Source of the DNA: Chitinophaga pinensis
GTDB taxonomy: Bacteria > Bacteroidota > Bacteroidia > NS11-12g > UBA9320
Direction of reading: 5' to 3'
NCBI GenBank assembly: GCA_945889315.1
Contig: CAMDBP010000003.1
Coordinates: forward strand, 326 to 64,325
DNA length: 64,000 nucleotides
Part shown: in pieces, positions 24,892 to 35,872 of the stretch
Layout of the letters: every line of letters begins with the position of its first letter
How positions within the stretch are numbered: the first letter of the stretch is position 1
Position numbers and translations under genes: made by a program
Notes under the pieces: generated by a model
What the model saw: only the letters and a program-made list of their open reading frames with translations
Database searches by the model: none
What the model was told of the DNA's origin: nothing

Positions 24892-27800
24892 TTGTATAAA
24901 TTACTTACTATAGTATTGCTCGGACTTTCTTCACTTGTACACGGGCAGTTGAGTACATCCGTAACGAAGTACGTGATGCTAGCAGAAGGAGACACCACAA
25001 TACTTGATTCTGGATTTGTAGTAAATGGTTCACTTACCATTCAAGGGTACACGAGACCAGCCGATTTTTTGCAGGTTAATAATAAGTTAGTTTGGAACGC
25101 AAAGACTAATCCGGATAGCGTCTTGGTGAGTTACAAGAAACTGCAGTTTTCGGTGACCTATAAGCGAAAAGATCAGTTTATTATATACAATAGCTATGAG
25201 CAAAATCCGTTTAGGTACGAACCTACTAAAGCGAGTGAATTGATAGACTATGGAACACTAAATTCTGCGGGTAATATATCCAGAGGTATTGGTTTTGGCA
25301 ATGCGCAAGATGTGGTGGTTAACTCGAATTTAAATCTTAGAATAAATGGAACCGTAGCCAATGACGTAGAGGTGTTAGCCGTTATCAGTGACGAAAATAA
25401 TCCCATACAACCCGAAGGAAATACGCAGCAAATTCAGGACTTTGATCAAGTATATATCACCCTAAAAAAAGACAGTTCAACTATTACGCTAGGTGATTTT
25501 TTGATGCAAAGACCCACGGATTCCTACTTTATCAATTATTATAAAAAATCCCGTGGTATTCAAGTACAGAATGTAACCCAATCGCACGATTGGAGGATAA
25601 AAACGGAAGCTGAAGCGGCTTTGTCTCGTGGTAGATTTAATCGAAATAGGATAGACGGAATAGAAGGGAACAGCGGCCCTTATCGGTTATCAGGAGAGAA
25701 CGGTGAGTTGTTTATCGTAATTATAGCGGGTACTGAAAATGTATTTTTAGACGGTAGAGCATTGACCCGTGGAGAAAACAATGACTACGTGGTTAATTAC
25801 AACACGGGTGAAATTACGTTTACGCCCCGTATTCTCATAACGCGATACAGCAGAATAGTGGTCGAGTTTCAATATTCGGATAGAAACTACGGCAGAGCAG
25901 TGGCACATGTAGGTTCTTCGGCTACCAAAAGTGGATTTACTATCTATGCCAATGCATTTAATGAGATGGATCTCAAATCTCAACCGTTTCAAGTGGATTT
26001 AGACGTTTTTGATTCACTTCAAAATAAAAGTGCTAAAAAGCTTTTAGCTGAAGCGGGTGATGGTGTTGCGGTGATTTCTAAAGTGAAACCGCAATTGTCA
26101 TTTAACACGGATCGTATTATGTACACCAAAAGTGTGGTATCGGGTATTGACATTTTTATCTATGCACAAGATCCAACGGCAAATGAAACCTTCTATGAGG
26201 TCTTTTTTAGCAATTTAGGCCAACGAAAAGGTAGTTATGTGCAGTCGCAAACGGCTGCTAATGGAAAAGTATTTGAATATGTGGGAGAGAGGATGGGTGA
26301 CTATGATCCCATCGAGATATTAGTGGCACCCCAATCGTTAAAAGCGCTTAATGTGGGACTCAAATTTACCAACAAGGATCGCGTAAGTGGTATCGAATAT
26401 TCAAGAAGTAATCGGGATAAAAATACACTTTCATCGCTAGATGATAACGATAATGAGGGTTTTGGACTTCGCTTATTTCGCACCACCTCGAAACAACTAA
26501 AAGATTCAACATGGACGTATAGTACCGATGTAAATTATGAGTTGGTAAGTGGTCAGTATCGCTATGTGGAGCGATACCGCGCTGTAGAGTTTGATCGAAA
26601 ATGGAATAAACAATTAAGCAATCCAACGGCTGTTTCGCAGTTGCTACCGGCCTACGAGCATATTGGAAATGTTAGTATTGGTCTTCGTAAGAGCGCTCAA
26701 CACTATGTAAAAAATAACAGTTCAATCTTCTTTAGACCGGATAATTTTGTTGGCTTTTCTAATGCAACCGAAGGGGGATTAACATGGCAAAAAATGCAGT
26801 TATCTACCAGTTTAGAGTTAACGCAATCTAATACTAACGAGGGAGATACTGCTGATTTGAAGAATTTGTTTTATAGTTTGAGTAGTCAACTAAGTCGACC
26901 ATTGGGTAAGGTTAATGCAGGGTTAGGGTTTATAAATGAGCGCAGTACATTTCAATTGGATACCTTACTCCAACAGAGTTATGCATTTAAAAATTATTCC
27001 TTTTTTCTTTCTTCGAGAGATAGTTCGCAACTAAAATATGCTATTCTGGCCAACCAGCGCACAGATAATCTTCCTAAAAATGATCAGTTTTTACCTTCTA
27101 CCGTAGGCAGCGATGTAAGTATAAATACGCAATACAATACGCCTAAGAACCAACGAATAGCAGTAAGCAGTACGTATCGAAAACTTGAAATTAAAGACGT
27201 CAGTCTAAGCGCCAAACCTATCGAAAACACCTTGCAAAGTAGGGTAGAAATGGACTTTCACTTTTTACATAAATTTATCAGAACGCGTACCTTTTATCAA
27301 GTAGGGACGGGCCAAGAGCAACGTCGAGAATTTCAATTTTTGCAAGTGCAAGCAGGCAACGGAGTATATGTTTGGATAGACTATGATTCGAATCAACTGA
27401 AAACACTTAATGAGTTTGAAGTTGCATCTGACTTGGATAGACAACGCGCTGATTATATCAAAATATTTACACCTGTTCCTGGGTTTTTTACCACCAATAG
27501 CACTAAAATAAGTCAATCGTTAGAGTTGACACCTGCGGTGTTTTTTAAGTCTGGCGTTCAAAATAAGCCCGTAATGGCCAGGTTTAACAATATTAGCACC
27601 TTAATTCTTGATAAAAAGATATTGCCCAATAGCGTACTCGGGTTTTTAAATCCTGCTGAACGAAGCTTAACCGATACCGGACTTATAAATAGCGCTATTA
27701 GTTTTCGGAGTACATTATTTTATAACCGAGGTAATCCGAAGTATAGTTTTGATTACACCTATATGAATGCCAGTTCAAAAACACTTTTGAGTAATGGATT

Positions 27801-28338
27801 TGACAGTCGAGCAACGTGGGACAATATCGTCAACGCCCGCGTTAATCTAGGAAGAATGTTCACCTTAGATACGCGTATGGTGTTTGGTAATAAGTTGTAT
27901 TTAAGTGAATTCTTTAGGACACGAAGTTACCAATATGGATTTTATGAGATAGAACCCAAGCTGCAGATGCTCATTCATAATACGTATCGTGTTGAATTGA
28001 AAACAAAATACTTTAGTGCGGCAAACCTGGAGCAATACGGCGGAGAAAGTTCACGGAATTTTGAGCTAGGCAGTGAAGTGAAGTATACCAAATCAACGAA
28101 AGGTGCGGTTAATGCAGCCGTTAGTTATATCAAGGTAAAGTACGACGGTGTGGCAAGTTCTACCTTAGGATATGAGTTGCTTAGAGGCCTACAAAACGGC
28201 AATAATGCAACCTGGAAAATGGGGTATCAACGAACGATGTCTAATAATATTCAGGTGATAATTAGCTACGATGGACGTAAAAGTGAATCTTCACCCGTGA
28301 TACATATTGGAAGATTGGTAGCCAGGTACTTGTTCTAG
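24892..28338 (+). CDS. large conserved hypothetical outer-membrane protein (~1150 aa)
   Basis: The TTG at 24892 gives signal peptide MYKLLTIVLLGLSSLVHGQ (ORF-track start is 24865). Beta-rich, with C-terminal ...VARYLF. Confidence 0.55.
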   Translation: MYKLLTIVLLGLSSLVHGQLSTSVTKYVMLAEGDTTILDSGFVVNGSLTIQGYTRPADFLQVNNKLVWNAKTNPDSVLVSYKKLQFSVTYKRKDQFIIYNSYEQNPFRYEPTKASELIDYGTLNSAGNISRGIGFGNAQDVVVNSNLNLRINGTVANDVEVLAVISDENNPIQPEGNTQQIQDFDQVYITLKKDSSTITLGDFLMQRPTDSYFINYYKKSRGIQVQNVTQSHDWRIKTEAEAALSRGRFNRNRIDGIEGNSGPYRLSGENGELFIVIIAGTENVFLDGRALTRGENNDYVVNYNTGEITFTPRILITRYSRIVVEFQYSDRNYGRAVAHVGSSATKSGFTIYANAFNEMDLKSQPFQVDLDVFDSLQNKSAKKLLAEAGDGVAVISKVKPQLSFNTDRIMYTKSVVSGIDIFIYAQDPTANETFYEVFFSNLGQRKGSYVQSQTAANGKVFEYVGERMGDYDPIEILVAPQSLKALNVGLKFTNKDRVSGIEYSRSNRDKNTLSSLDDNDNEGFGLRLFRTTSKQLKDSTWTYSTDVNYELVSGQYRYVERYRAVEFDRKWNKQLSNPTAVSQLLPAYEHIGNVSIGLRKSAQHYVKNNSSIFFRPDNFVGFSNATEGGLTWQKMQLSTSLELTQSNTNEGDTADLKNLFYSLSSQLSRPLGKVNAGLGFINERSTFQLDTLLQQSYAFKNYSFFLSSRDSSQLKYAILANQRTDNLPKNDQFLPSTVGSDVSINTQYNTPKNQRIAVSSTYRKLEIKDVSLSAKPIENTLQSRVEMDFHFLHKFIRTRTFYQVGTGQEQRREFQFLQVQAGNGVYVWIDYDSNQLKTLNEFEVASDLDRQRADYIKIFTPVPGFFTTNSTKISQSLELTPAVFFKSGVQNKPVMARFNNISTLILDKKILPNSVLGFLNPAERSLTDTGLINSAISFRSTLFYNRGNPKYSFDYTYMNASSKTLLSNGFDSRATWDNIVNARVNLGRMFTLDTRMVFGNKLYLSEFFRTRSYQYGFYEIEPKLQMLIHNTYRVELKTKYFSAANLEQYGGESSRNFELGSEVKYTKSTKGAVNAAVSYIKVKYDGVASSTLGYELLRGLQNGNNATWKMGYQRTMSNNIQVIISYDGRKSESSPVIHIGRLVARYLF

Positions 28339-29186
28339 TTACTTGAACCTTTTCCTTTTAAAAGTCTTGTTCCGTCTTTTTCAAGGAGTACAATTTTTTG
28401 TTTGTATAAACTGCCTAATGCCTTTTTAAATGCTTTTTTACTCATTTTAAAAACTTTGTAAATTTCGTCTGGGTTGCTTTTGTCGCTGTACTTAAAGAAA
28501 CCCTCATTTTTGATGAGAACATCTAAAACCGATTGAGTCGCCTTGTCAATTACGTTTCGATAACCCATAGGTTGTAGCGAAAGGTCTACTTTCCCGTCTG
28601 CTCTAATATTCTTAACATAGGCTTTCATTTGATCGCCTGGGCGTGCAGGTCTATGCACGTCAGAATGAAAAACAAGGCCTTGGTACAAACCGTTTACCAC
28701 TGCATTGATGCCTAAGTCACTTCTTCTGTACAACAGAATATCTACTTCTTCGCCAACTTCTATATCTAGGTCTTCTGTAAATAAAAAGTCTTCAATATTA
28801 GCCGATCCGATTAATCTATCAGATACGTCATCAAGCATAAAAAATACTACATACCAGTCGCCCACTTCCATTTTTACAGGTTGCTCGCTATAGGGAACCA
28901 GCAGTTGTTTTACAATGCCCATATCTACAAACGCACCAGCGGCGTTTACATCCATAACTTCGAGAAAAGCAAATTGCTCCAATTCAACCTTAGGTTTTAA
29001 GGTAGTAGCCGTAAGACGTTGATCGTTGTCTTTGTATACAAAAACAGATACATCATCACCTAATTTAAGCTCAGGAGAAACGTAAGCATTGGGCAGTAAT
29101 AATTCATTACCTACCTCATCCATTAGGTAGCATCCATTATCTGTTGTTCTTGAGGCTTTTAATACTTGTGTTTTTCCTAACTCCAT
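28335..29186 (-). CDS. S1-domain RNA-binding protein, CvfB/YitL family
   Basis: Three S1-like repeats plus the winged-helix C-terminus KKAFKKALGSLYKQ. Length is 283 aa. Confidence 0.8.
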   Translation of the reverse strand: MELGKTQVLKASRTTDNGCYLMDEVGNELLLPNAYVSPELKLGDDVSVFVYKDNDQRLTATTLKPKVELEQFAFLEVMDVNAAGAFVDMGIVKQLLVPYSEQPVKMEVGDWYVVFFMLDDVSDRLIGSANIEDFLFTEDLDIEVGEEVDILLYRRSDLGINAVVNGLYQGLVFHSDVHRPARPGDQMKAYVKNIRADGKVDLSLQPMGYRNVIDKATQSVLDVLIKNEGFFKYSDKSNPDEIYKVFKMSKKAFKKALGSLYKQKIVLLEKDGTRLLKGKGSSN

Positions 29187-29264
29187 TTCGGGGTCAAAGG
29201 TAGGTGATACAGTATACTCTTTTGCTCAAAAAATACAGTTCATAAGCGAGCATGTAAAATAGAG

Positions 29265-29293
29265 GTGATTCCCTTGATAATTAAGGGAATCAC
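29265..29293 (-). terminator. 11-bp perfect hairpin downstream of the cytochrome-b5-like ORF
   Basis: GTGATTCCCTT-gataatt-AAGGGAATCAC. There is only a weak T-tract, so it could instead be an operator. Confidence 0.4.
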
Positions 29294-29318
29294 TAAGTTA
29301 AAAGTGTTTATTAATTGG

Positions 29319-29555
29319 CTAACCCAAAATGCCGATATCATCAAGTTTGTCAAAAACAGCAATTCCATGAGGCGCATGGGTTAGCTCTGAGGTAAGGTCT
29401 TGACCAGCCCAATGTTCCTAATGTTTTCCGTTACGCCATAAGTTACTTTCTGTAACGTCATATACGCTATTCTGATAAGCTATCCAGATCTTTTCATTAT
29501 GAAGACTCAACATTCTAGGAGATATTTTAGGTAAGTTGTTATCTTTAGGTTGCAC
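29319..29555 (-). pseudogene. cytochrome b5-like heme-binding domain protein interrupted by an in-frame TAG
   Basis: The minus-strand frame reads ...MLSLHNEKIWIAYQNSVYDVTESNLWRNGKH*EHWAGQDLTSELTHAPHGIAVFDKLDDIGILG*. The internal TAG is at 29418-29420. Neither half reaches 60 aa, so it is not in the ORF track. Confidence 0.6.
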
Positions 29556-29586
29556 GGGTGTATTTTAGCCCTCAATTTTAGAGAAA

Positions 29587-30717
29587 ATGAAGGTAAAAAT
29601 CCTTATCGTTTTTGTGATAGCCTACATCCTAGCAGCTTTTGCATGGCTTACGTTTTCATTATTGAATTACGCAAACACCGATTATGCGCTAAAGAACGAT
29701 GTCCTTATGGCCGGCCTAAATGCATGTACGTTACAAGTTATGCAAAATGCTAAAAATGGCCAACTAGGCAACGATACCGTTTATGAATACTACCTAAAAC
29801 AGCTCAAAATTGAAGTAGATACTGTTCGGCTCGAGTCATTTGTTCGAGATAGATTTAACGATAATTATCTGGCATTGTTTACTCAAATCAGTTCAAAGGA
29901 AAAAACTATAGAATTACAGATAAACCCGAGCAAGCTTCAAGACCTAGAATTAGAGCGATTCCAGCAACGTAATATTTGGATCTATCAAAGTATTCTTTTA
30001 CTGGTCTTGGTGGCAGGAGGGATTTACGGTGTTTTTTATACCATTGACAATGTTTATCAGTTGAATAAACGCCAAAACAACTTTTTGTTGAGCGTAACCC
30101 ACGAGTTTAAAACCCCTATTGCCGCTATACGTCTCATGTTACAAACGAGCAAGAACCCCAAGGTAAAGGAAGAAAAGAAGGCAGAGTTGATTGAAAATAG
30201 TATTCAGAATACCTTTAGACTGGAAGAACTCGCGGAAAACATGCTGGTAAGCATGCAAATAGAGAATGATAAATATCAATATTCAATTAGTGAAATTGAT
30301 TTGACAGAAATGATAAATCAGATTATAGAAAGTCAATGTATTAAAGGCGATATTTCAGGAGATATTACTGCAGGTATACGCGTGCAGGGGGATAATTTTA
30401 TCTTGCGAATGGTGATTAATAATTTAATCGAAAACGCATTCAAATACTCTAATAATCAATCAATTGAGATAAATCTATATACCTTGAACGAAAAAAAAAT
30501 AATAGAAGTAAAAGATCAAGGTATCGGGATTCCTAAAGATGAATATAAAAATATTTTCAGAAAGTTTTATCGTATTCAAGAAGAGGAGACAAGAACTACG
30601 AAAGGCACCGGATTAGGCCTGTTTATCGTAAAAGAAGCCATTGAGCGTCATAATGGAAGTGTTTGGGTAGGGGCAAACAATCCCCAAGGGACCATTTTTA
30701 AAATTATTCTTAGTTAA
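29587..30717 (+). CDS. sensor histidine kinase (HisKA + HATPase_c)
   Basis: Two TM helices, the H-box SVTHEFKTPIAAI, the N-box NNLIENAFKYS and the G-box GTGLGLFIVKE. Confidence 0.85.
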   Translation: MKVKILIVFVIAYILAAFAWLTFSLLNYANTDYALKNDVLMAGLNACTLQVMQNAKNGQLGNDTVYEYYLKQLKIEVDTVRLESFVRDRFNDNYLALFTQISSKEKTIELQINPSKLQDLELERFQQRNIWIYQSILLLVLVAGGIYGVFYTIDNVYQLNKRQNNFLLSVTHEFKTPIAAIRLMLQTSKNPKVKEEKKAELIENSIQNTFRLEELAENMLVSMQIENDKYQYSISEIDLTEMINQIIESQCIKGDISGDITAGIRVQGDNFILRMVINNLIENAFKYSNNQSIEINLYTLNEKKIIEVKDQGIGIPKDEYKNIFRKFYRIQEEETRTTKGTGLGLFIVKEAIERHNGSVWVGANNPQGTIFKIILS

Positions 30718-30795
30718 ATCTATATTTTGTGATAGTAAACTGACTTTTTAGTGAGTTATTAATTACAAATTTGTTGCGAATCAAATAATCGTTAA

Positions 30796-31488
30796 ATGTC
30801 AAAGAAAAGAATACTACTTGTTGAAGATGAGAAGCATCTAGCTGATACCATTAAATTAAATCTAGAAATAGAGGATTACCATCCTATTTTGGTTTATGAC
30901 GGATCTGCTGCGATTAGCACCTTCAAAGAGCAGCGTTTTGATTTAGTGATATTGGACATCATGATACCCAATATAGATGGTATTGCTGTTTGTGAAAATA
31001 TTAGACTACACGATAAAAACATACCCATTATGTTTCTAAGTGCCCGCAGTAGTGCAGAAGACAGGGTACTCGGACTTAAAAAAGGAGCCGATGACTATAT
31101 CACAAAGCCTTTTAATATTGAGGAGCTCATGTTGCGTATTAATAAGCTAATTAGCAGAAATGATGAAACAAGCAAAGGCAACGCTCTTTTAGACTTTACA
31201 TTTGGTTCTAATTCCATCAACTTTGTTAGCTACGAAGCCCATGGCAAAGATGGCAAGTTTTCGTTAACCAAAAAAGAAGCCTTTTTGCTAAAACTATTGA
31301 TTGAAAATAAAGATGAGGTCGTTAGCAGGGAAAAAATATTGCAGACCGTATGGGGCTATTCTGTATATCCAAGCACAAGAACCATCGATAATTTTATTCT
31401 AGCGTTTAGGAAATACTTTGAAGTAGATCCAAAGAATCCAAAATACTTCTTATCACTAAGAGGTGTAGGATATAAATTTACGGTTTAA
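30796..31488 (+). CDS. OmpR-family response regulator
   Basis: Receiver motifs (LLVEDE, LVILDIMIP, KPF) plus a winged-helix C-terminus (RGVGYKF). Confidence 0.9.
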   Translation: MSKKRILLVEDEKHLADTIKLNLEIEDYHPILVYDGSAAISTFKEQRFDLVILDIMIPNIDGIAVCENIRLHDKNIPIMFLSARSSAEDRVLGLKKGADDYITKPFNIEELMLRINKLISRNDETSKGNALLDFTFGSNSINFVSYEAHGKDGKFSLTKKEAFLLKLLIENKDEVVSREKILQTVWGYSVYPSTRTIDNFILAFRKYFEVDPKNPKYFLSLRGVGYKFTV

Positions 31489-31578
31489 TTATAGCTAGAC
31501 TAGGTTACCTGTTTATAACTTGGTGTACACACAGCAAAAGTCCACCGTGTATGTAATATCTTTGCACCTTATTATTGT

Positions 31579-33105
31579 ATGCACGAGCAAATTCTTATCA
31601 TCGACTTCGGTTCACAATTTACCCAGCTTATAGCACGTAGAATACGTGAGCTTAACATATATTGTGAAATTCATCCATTTAATAAGGTACCAGAACTTAC
31701 TTCTCAGATTAAAGGGGTAATCTTATCTGGAAGCCCTGCTTCGTGCACCCAGCCTGATGCCCCAATTGCTGATCTTGACTTTATGAATCTGTCTGTTCCA
31801 GTTCTTGGTTTGTGTTACGGTGCGCAGTTTTTAGCTGCGAGTAACGGTGGTAAAGTGGAGAAATCTATTCATAGAGAATATGGCCGTGCCAATATCACTA
31901 TAGCAACCGAAGATAAACTGCTCAATGGAATAGAAAACGGAAGTCAAGTATGGATGAGCCACGGGGATACCATTTTAGAAATGCCAAAAGGCACTACTAC
32001 GTTGGCAAAAACCGATAGCATTCCAGTTGCTGCCTATCGATTTACAAACAAAGAGGTATATGCAGTTCAATTTCACCCAGAAGTAAGCCACAGCACTGAT
32101 GGGACGCTTTTACTTCAAAATTTTACAAAAACCATTTGCGGATGTATTGGTGATTGGACCCCCGCACATTTTGTAACCGAAAGTGTTGCCCATTATAAAG
32201 AACAAATAGGAACTGATAAAGTGATAATGGGATTATCAGGTGGAGTAGACAGTTCCGTTGCTGCATTTATCTTGCATAGGGCTATTGGAAACCAATTAGT
32301 GGGTATATTTGTGAACAATGGTGTCTTGCGTAAAGGCGAATACGAACAAGTATTGGAAGCCTACAAAGGGCTAGGTTTAAATGTAATAGGTGTGGATGCA
32401 TCTGAGATGTTTATTAGCCGTCTAAACGGAGTATCAGACCCAGAAACCAAACGAAAAATTATCGGTAATACATTTATAGAAGTATTTGATAAAGAAGCAA
32501 GCAAAATTGCCGATGCTAAATGGCTAGGTCAAGGAACGATTTATCCAGATGTTATTGAATCTGTCTCGGTTAACGGTCCATCTGCCACTATCAAGTCGCA
32601 CCATAACGTAGGAGGTTTACCAGAGGATATGGTGCTTAAATTAGCAGAGCCACTTCGTTTGTTGTTTAAAGATGAAGTACGAAGAATAGGTGCAGAGTTG
32701 GGAGTTCCCAAACTAATATTAGAAAGACATCCTTTTCCTGGACCAGGACTAGCCATACGTATTATCGGTGAAATCACTTATCGTAACGTTGCTATTTTGC
32801 AAGAGGCCGATGCTATTTTTATAAATGAAATGAAAGAGTTTGGAATTTATAACGATATTTGGCAAGCTGGTGCGATATTTTTGCCAGTACAATCTGTAGG
32901 CGTAATGGGAGATGAGCGTACGTATGAAAATGTGATAGCTCTTCGAGCGGTAACTTCGGTAGACGGCATGACTGCTGATTGGGCCGATCTGCCTCACAAA
33001 TTTTTGGCTTCGGTTTCCAATAAAATAATAAATCAAGTAAAAGGTATTAACAGAGTAGTCTATGATATTAGCTCCAAACCACCCGCAACCATTGAGTGGG
33101 AATAG
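31579..33105 (+). CDS. guaA: glutamine-hydrolysing GMP synthase
   Basis: GATase domain (LGLCYGAQ), the ATP-PPase motif SGGVDSSV, and the canonical C-terminus ATIEWE. Confidence 0.97.
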   Translation: MHEQILIIDFGSQFTQLIARRIRELNIYCEIHPFNKVPELTSQIKGVILSGSPASCTQPDAPIADLDFMNLSVPVLGLCYGAQFLAASNGGKVEKSIHREYGRANITIATEDKLLNGIENGSQVWMSHGDTILEMPKGTTTLAKTDSIPVAAYRFTNKEVYAVQFHPEVSHSTDGTLLLQNFTKTICGCIGDWTPAHFVTESVAHYKEQIGTDKVIMGLSGGVDSSVAAFILHRAIGNQLVGIFVNNGVLRKGEYEQVLEAYKGLGLNVIGVDASEMFISRLNGVSDPETKRKIIGNTFIEVFDKEASKIADAKWLGQGTIYPDVIESVSVNGPSATIKSHHNVGGLPEDMVLKLAEPLRLLFKDEVRRIGAELGVPKLILERHPFPGPGLAIRIIGEITYRNVAILQEADAIFINEMKEFGIYNDIWQAGAIFLPVQSVGVMGDERTYENVIALRAVTSVDGMTADWADLPHKFLASVSNKIINQVKGINRVVYDISSKPPATIEWE

Positions 33106-34369
33106 ATTTTTTTGGGTACTACTTGTTCCAATCTGTCTAATTTCTTGTGGTGCGTTTAGAAAAACGCAACCCAAAGAATGGCCCAAGAATGAGATAGTAG
33201 CGGCATCACATAAAGATTCTGTCTTCAACAATAGTGAAAGTGATTTCAAACCATCGGAAACCATAACTATTCAGAACGTATTGTATACTTCCGTTGATTT
33301 TAAAGGAAATTATTACAAGGTTCCCGTGCACAAGAAGAACTTCACTATCGCTATCCTACTGCCTTTTCACAGTGATGCAATGAATAGTACTTCTGACAAG
33401 AGAAGAGCAAACCTTATGCTGCAGTATTATCAAGGAATGCGTACTGCCATTGCAGATATTGAAAAGCTAAATTCTAAATTTACCTTACGTTTTTTTGATA
33501 CGGATAATGACACCAACAAGTTAAAGGCCTTGCTTAAAAAACCGGAAATGGAAGAGGTCGACCTTATTATTGGTCCTACGGATGAAGAACAACTCAAAAT
33601 TGCCGCATACTTCGCCAAAAAAAGAGAGATACCTCTTTTTTCTCCCATTACAATAATTGAAAAATTATGGGCTAATAATCCGTTTTTCTTTAATCTTAAT
33701 CCATCGAATCAAATGCAGGCTCAAGATTTTTTAAGATATTTCAAGGCAAATCATCCCGGTGAAAAACTTCTTATTGTACGAGATGGAAAACGCTATGACC
33801 TTGCTTTTGGTAAAGCGCTCTTACAAGAATGTATAGCCCAAAAAATTAACTATCAGGCCGTTCTCTTTTCCAAGTATATAAAGTGGGATACCTACTTAGG
33901 CAGTGGTAAAGCAGTTATCGTGCACACTTCACTTGACAAAACAGACCTAACCTATTCTGTAAATAGTCTTTTGGGAAAAGGAGACAGAATAACCTTAGTA
34001 GGTCCTGAAAAATGGCTAGAATTCTCAAATGTTGATTACAATCAATGGAGTAAAGTAAATATGTCGTTTATGACGACAAACAAGGCAAGCATACCCATCG
34101 AATCCAGTACTTCCATGCTTTCCCAATATCGCTCTATGTATAAAGATGATCCGAGTTCTTACGCCTACATGGGGTATGATCAACTATTGTTTGCGTGCGA
34201 GGCACTTAATGCCTTCGGTAAATACTTTCCCTTATTTCTTACCGATAAATCGGTAACTTATACCAACACAGATTTTCACTTGGTAAAAACAGCCACCTGT
34301 TTTCAAAATAGATTCTTACAAGTATTCAAGTTTGAGGAATTTGCTGTACTACCGGTAACTAATTATTAA
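33092..34369 (+). CDS. lipoprotein with type-1 periplasmic-binding-protein-like fold
   Basis: The TTG at 33092 gives lipoprotein signal [20 protein letters not shown] (ORF-track ATG is 33062). [12 protein letters not shown] and VDLIIGP are PBP1-like. The function is uncertain. Confidence 0.45.
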   Translation: MSGNRFFWVLLVPICLISCGAFRKTQPKEWPKNEIVAASHKDSVFNNSESDFKPSETITIQNVLYTSVDFKGNYYKVPVHKKNFTIAILLPFHSDAMNSTSDKRRANLMLQYYQGMRTAIADIEKLNSKFTLRFFDTDNDTNKLKALLKKPEMEEVDLIIGPTDEEQLKIAAYFAKKREIPLFSPITIIEKLWANNPFFFNLNPSNQMQAQDFLRYFKANHPGEKLLIVRDGKRYDLAFGKALLQECIAQKINYQAVLFSKYIKWDTYLGSGKAVIVHTSLDKTDLTYSVNSLLGKGDRITLVGPEKWLEFSNVDYNQWSKVNMSFMTTNKASIPIESSTSMLSQYRSMYKDDPSSYAYMGYDQLLFACEALNAFGKYFPLFLTDKSVTYTNTDFHLVKTATCFQNRFLQVFKFEEFAVLPVTNY

Positions 34370-35497
34370 TTGAAATATTTCAGATCCAGATTCACCGTAG
34401 CCCAAGAGCTTTTAGGCTCTTATGCATACCCAGAGCCCTTTCATATAGCGGCCAAAAACTTTTTTAAACAACATAAGAAATTTGGGTCTAAGGACCGAAA
34501 GGCAATCTCAGATGTATGTTACAATTACCTGCGTTTTGGTCTCGCGTTTAGCGATTATTCATTACAAGAAGGCTTATTGTTGAGCGCTTTAATGCTAGAC
34601 ATAGAATATGCTGAAGATTGGAATAAAGTGAGTTCAGAATTAGGGTTTACCTATAAGGTTCATGCAGATTTCTTTATCAAGGAAAATCAGTTAGAATACC
34701 TTCAAACACTGGTCAAAAATCCAATTACCTTTTATCCTGAACACCATTTAATGCCAGATTTTGCGCATTATAATGATCATCAAAATATTAATTTTAGACC
34801 GAAAAACTGGGCGAAAGAACATACGGACAAAGAACCCCGTAATCTCGGTGCGATAGGGTGTAGAGAATTAGCGGTAAATCAAGTGTTGGATTCAACGGTT
34901 CAAGTTCAGGATTTGTCATCACAGTTTATTTGCTTACAAATGCAATTGAAGGAAGGCGATAAAGTATGGGACGTGTGCTGCGGCTCAGGTGGTAAAAGTT
35001 TGAATTTGGCATCACAAGATCGAGGAGAGTTATATTTAAGTGATATTAGACCATCGATTATAGAAAATGCAAAATCTCGCTTCAGAGCCATGCATTATGA
35101 TGCAAAACTAGGTGTTGCTGATATGTCAAAAGAGACCGATTACCTAACCTTTGGCCCAAAGCATATCGAAGCGGAATATTTTGATTGCATTGTTGCAGAT
35201 GTTCCATGTAGTGGAAGCGGTACTTGGTTTCGTGCGCCAGAGCATTTTACTAGATTTGAGTATAATGAACTTTCAAAATATGCAGACAAGCAAAAGGCCA
35301 TCGTGGCAAATGCCATTCCCTTCTTAAAGAAAGACGGTGTTTTTTATTATATAACCTGTTCTGTTTTTAACGCAGAAAATGAGGAAGTTAAGGATTGGAT
35401 ACTGGCCAATACCAAGCTAAAGTTAAAAGAAGAAATTGCGTTTGATGGGATTCGTCAAAAAGCCGATGGAATGTATATGGCCTCTTTCGGCTACTAA
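34370..35497 (+). CDS. RsmB/NOP-family class I SAM-dependent RNA m5C methyltransferase
   Basis: DVCCGSGGKS (SAM motif) and DVPCSGSGT (catalytic Cys motif). The TTG start directly follows the upstream stop. Confidence 0.75.
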   Translation: MKYFRSRFTVAQELLGSYAYPEPFHIAAKNFFKQHKKFGSKDRKAISDVCYNYLRFGLAFSDYSLQEGLLLSALMLDIEYAEDWNKVSSELGFTYKVHADFFIKENQLEYLQTLVKNPITFYPEHHLMPDFAHYNDHQNINFRPKNWAKEHTDKEPRNLGAIGCRELAVNQVLDSTVQVQDLSSQFICLQMQLKEGDKVWDVCCGSGGKSLNLASQDRGELYLSDIRPSIIENAKSRFRAMHYDAKLGVADMSKETDYLTFGPKHIEAEYFDCIVADVPCSGSGTWFRAPEHFTRFEYNELSKYADKQKAIVANAIPFLKKDGVFYYITCSVFNAENEEVKDWILANTKLKLKEEIAFDGIRQKADGMYMASFGY

Positions 35498-35515
35498 ATA
35501 AACGTTTAATTATTA

Positions 35516-35872
35516 TTAAATCCCGTGTTTAATAGCTTGTCGGGCTTTGAGTGAGAGACTCTCTACCACGAGGCGATAACTCTCATCTACCATTTTTAGA
35601 ATTAACTGGTCATTTACATCTTGATCAAATGTTACGGTGTTCCAGTGCTTCTTACTCATGTGATAACCTGGTTGTATGGCCATGTAATTCGCTCTTAGTT
35701 CTTCGGCTTCTTCGGGGTCGCACTTGAGGTTAATGGAACTAAAATTACGGATAGAAAATAGACAAAATATCTTTCCTAAAACTTTCATAACCAAAACATC
35801 GGGACCAAAAGGAGTTTCCTCCGTTACACAAGGCTTGGATAAGCAGTAATCTCGAAGCACTTCAATATCCAT
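35516..35872 (-). CDS. MmcQ/YjbR-family protein
   Basis: 118 aa. ETPFGPDVLVMKV.GKIF and KKHWNTV are typical of the family. Confidence 0.8.
   Translation of the reverse strand: MDIEVLRDYCLSKPCVTEETPFGPDVLVMKVLGKIFCLFSIRNFSSINLKCDPEEAEELRANYMAIQPGYHMSKKHWNTVTFDQDVNDQLILKMVDESYRLVVESLSLKARQAIKHGI

Noticed and set aside
11498-29420. Possible reassignment or suppression of TAG, because two conserved-looking frames carry in-frame TAGs at 11498 and 29418
   Set aside because: TAG clearly terminates well-conserved genes at their canonical C-termini, including guaA (...ATIEWE-TAG at 33103-33105), the MFS gene, cvfB and the amidohydrolase. The standard code applies, and the two cases are better explained as nonsense lesions.
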